A stretch of 63,974 nt of DNA, the filler included, from the NCBI GenBank assembly GCA_964501035.1. It is 7 parts of 7 records of this genome, joined end to end, with 100 filler letters (N's around TTAATTAATTAA, not from the genome) between each part and the next. Parts side by side here need not be neighbours in the genome. Positions count along the whole stretch, not along the records: positions 51,472 to 60,748 come from CAZCRK010000064.1; positions 60,849 to 63,974 come from CAZCRK010000106.1; 5 more parts are not named here. One strand, given 5' to 3'. The translations under genes and the position numbers were made by a program. The notes under the pieces are model-generated. The model made no database searches and was not told where the DNA came from. It worked only from the letters and a program-made list of their open reading frames with translations. Positions 60,592 to 63,974 of the stretch are shown piece after piece. The stretch's first letter is position 1. Every line of letters begins with the position of its first letter.

Positions 60592-60748
60592 TTTGAATTT
60601 ACCACTAATAACTTTGTCCAATATTCATGACTATCCAAAGATAGCCTGCAAAAATACACTCCATTTACAATTTGGTCACCTAAAATATTTCGTCCATCCC
60701 AAATTATCTCACCTTCGTTATCAATAAAATGAGGATTGTTTAAACTAT
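60588..60748 (-). CDS. C-terminal T9SS/FlgD-Ig domain fragment of a gene cut by the contig end (not in ORF track)
   Basis: ...IIWDGRNILGDQIVNGVYFCRLSLDSHEYWTKLLVVNSK-stop; ATGA overlap with the next gene. Confidence 0.8.
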
Positions 60749-60848
60749 NNNNNNNNNNNNNNNNNNNNNNNNNNNNNNNNNNNNNNNNNNNNTTAATTAA
60801 TTAANNNNNNNNNNNNNNNNNNNNNNNNNNNNNNNNNNNNNNNNNNNN
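60749..60848. other. Artificial contig spacer
   Basis: N44-TTAATTAATTAA-N44. Confidence 0.99.
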
Positions 60849-63800
60849 CTTAATACCAATGAACCTGTTGTGTCTTCTGCAAAAGTAACATCACTGACTG
60901 CGGCGATAACCGGTGCATCATTTACATTGATGACCTTAAAGTCAAACTTTGTAGTATCAGTGAGTGCATTATCTGAGACAATTACTGTAATTACAGATGT
61001 CCCTGTATAGTTAAGGGCAGGTGTCAGCTTTAATGTATCAGAACTAATGGTTACAGCCACACCACTGGTATCAGAAGTGGCAGTGTAGGTTAGGGCATCC
61101 CCATCTACATCCGAAGCATCAAGTACAATCGCTTTCTCTGTCTCTTCATTGGTTGAGTCATCTGGAATTGCTGATATAACAGGAGCATCATTTATATTTT
61201 GAATATCAAATCTAACACTCGAAACATTTGAGTAATATCTACCATCATAAGATTTGAATGTTAATGAATCTTTCCCAAAATAATTAAGATTGGGTTTATA
61301 AACCAGGCCCGGCAGTTCACCATAAATTGTTCCATTTTTAGTTGAATCAACAATCGTAAACACAAGCTGGTCGCCATCTGCATCTTCGGACACTAATGTA
61401 AATGCCAATGAGTCTTCTTCGTTCAATTGGAAGGCTATGTCACTGGTAGTTGGAGGATCTCCATTATCGGTAAAGTAAAATGGGATTATTTTATTACCAC
61501 CATTTGTTGTAAATGTAAGATTCCCGCCCCAATCACCTGGTTTTGTAACCGATCTTTTGATTGTTAAATCAACAGTGTCATTTTCAGTGAAAGTACCTTC
61601 AAGTTTTGAGGATTCAATAATTTCCTTTGTTCCTAAAATTACATTTGCTGAATCATGAACAAATATTGTTAAGTCCCAATCTATCTGGTATTGTCCCAAA
61701 TTACTCAATATTAATGAGTTTACTGTTAAAGAATCATCATAGAATAGTGTATCCTTTGCAGTTGAAAATACTGGTAAGCCAACATCCATTGAAACTTCAA
61801 TTGTGTCTGTTCCGTAATCTGAATTAAAAATAACATTTTGTTTATAATTTCCCGAAACAAGACCGGATCGACTTACACTAGCTGAAACATCTGCAGAATC
61901 ATTAGCAGAAATTGAACCACTTGAATCAGAAAATGACAACCAATTACCACCACTTTTGCTTGAGGACCAATCCAATGTCCCCCCTCCATTATTTTTAACA
62001 AAATAGGTTAAACTAGTTTTCGTGGAATCAAAATTAAGCGAACTAACACCTAATGCTAAAACAGGAGTCTGATTTGGTATCACAATAAAGGGTCCAGAAT
62101 CTACCTTTACGGAAGAGTCTGATACATTTTCAATTTTAAAGTATACTACTTGACCTGCCTGAATTTCATTAAGAAATGTATACTTATTTTCGTTTGCCAA
62201 ATTTTCTGCCAATACCGTCCAAGAGGAACCCGCATTTATAGAGTATTTTATGGTAACGTTTGGAATTTCTCCATCCGTACTCCACTCAAGTGTTAAGTTT
62301 GCATCTTTTTCTAGTTCAGCTCCACTAGTTGGTGAATTAAATGAGAAAGCCTTTGTTTTAGTTAATTTTGATGATGATGAAGCAATATTTGAAACCTGCC
62401 AACCAGAATAATTTAAATTGGGGAAATTTGAATAATCAACTAAATCACTTATTCCAGTAATACTTCCCCAATAGTTATTAGTTATATCTGAACTTGCTTC
62501 ATCATCAGTTGAAGTATATGCTTCGAAACCTCCTATTTTTACTTTCCATTCTCTTATGCTAAACCCTGCTCTTGCCTTTCCTGAGGAGCCGCAATTGTCT
62601 CCACCAGAGTAGTTGTATATCAAAATTCCATCTGAAGCTTTTGGAAAATTAGATGTGTAAAGCGCAGGCGTACTTCCATTCCCCCGTCCGTCTGTCCCAT
62701 TATTTCCATCAATACAATTGCTTGGGTGTTCAGGATCAAAAATTTCTTGATCCGTAAATGCATCATGAATTTTGTGATCATACCAACTACCGTTACATTG
62801 AGATTTTAACCTATAGCTGATATGGCTTAGCCAGCCAAAAGGTGTCTCGTGTTTTCCATTATTTACCCATTTGCAACGATCTATATGTGTATAATTAGAG
62901 CTCCAATCTCCAAAACTAAAAACATTGCCTTTGATTTCTGCTCTAGTTATTTCTTTTGTACTTGATGAATTACCCAAAATATTAGAATTGTTAATAGTTA
63001 CTGTAGGGTGAATGTTGGCATCTGTATATGAGCTATCTTCAATAGTTGGATAATGATCGGTATTTTCAAAACCATAGCCACCATTATTTGTAAGGCTAGA
63101 TGAAGTGACTGTTAATTCTCCCGCCGCATTTTGCAAACCATCCCAAGCATTAGAATCAGAGGTTGTTTCTGACAATTTCATAGTACCATTTGCGTTTATA
63201 ATACCATGAGCTCCATTTTTAAATGAATAAATGTTGGAGCCTTCCATATATTTTCTAAAATTAATAATTCCAGTACGACCAGAATTTTTTATTGTACTAT
63301 TTGTAAGGACTAAAGTATCAGCTTGATTGTAAATGCCGATAGTGCTAGAGGAGTCAACATTAATCCAATTTAACTTAGAATAACTGTTGAGTAATTGTAT
63401 TCCAATACTATCTGATTTGGATATAGAAACATCATTGGCTATTAATTTTCCCTTTTTTACAAGCAATCCATTATTTGCACTATTGTTAAAAGTCGCACCA
63501 ATGATATTGAGATTTGAATTAACCTCTAGACCATTATGTGAATATTGGGAGGAAAAGTGCTTTAATGAATCGTTACCTTGGACAGAACTGTAAATGATAC
63601 CATGCCAATAATCTTTGTTGGTCGTTGTCTCATAGTTTTTAAAAATGACTGGCTCATCAGAAGTACCATTGATTTTAAGTGATCCGTATACTGTTATACT
63701 TAGTTCGCCTTTTGAGTCGGAATTGGTATCAACGAATAGAACAGATACTGTAATACCCTTATTAATAGTGAGAGTGGCCCCAGAATCAACAACCACTGAC

Positions 63801-63904
63801 TGGGTTAAAACTTGGTTCGAATCCCACGAGGTATTTTCACTAATAGTCAATTGAGCGAATGAAAAACTGAAAATTAACGATAATAGAATTGTTTTTTTCT
63901 TCAT
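60849..63904 (-). CDS. Large surface protein: beta-helix, BACON/Ig-like and cadherin-like (Big_9/tandem-95) repeats, 3'-truncated
   Basis: AGGAG RBS and signal peptide; TVYGSLKINGT..EPVIF...WHGI; NNYWG; KNNGGGTLDWS; NDAPVI...DVDGDALTY repeats. Confidence 0.82.
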
Positions 63905-63974
63905 AATGAACTCCTGATGTGAATGAATAAAGGATGTGAAATGTTTTGGATGCACTTCCCTTGACAGGGAATTT

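Overview
AT-rich bacterial draft-genome window made of seven unlinked contigs. They are joined by artificial 100-bp spacers (N44-TTAATTAATTAA-N44) and appear sorted by decreasing length, so adjacency across spacers means nothing. Gene content suggests an FCB-group organism, most plausibly Ca. Marinimicrobia (inference): PorV/PorQ-family barrels, a PorU-like C25 peptidase, T9SS-type C-terminal domains, many dockerin-like and lamin-tail proteins, and tmRNA tag ADYGYAAAA. Housekeeping genes include glpK, yajQ, rpmB, maf, rarA, hisS, thiI, xth, an rsuA-family gene and a ppiD-like gene, plus 7 tRNAs and tmRNA. Main observations: (1) a hidden selenoprotein missed by the ORF track (19040..20173, in-frame UGA in a P-C-G-U motif followed by a SECIS-like hairpin), translationally coupled behind a rhodanese and a MauE/DoxX protein; (2) a Fib_succ_major gene end with the codon signature of a diversity-generating-retroelement variable region plus a 4x8-bp 3' repeat, with no RT or template repeat in the window; (3) a TonB-receptor / large T9SS-CTD protein / PorV cassette preceded by a partial duplicate of the receptor N-terminus; (4) six dockerin-tagged secreted proteins with no recognisable cohesin.
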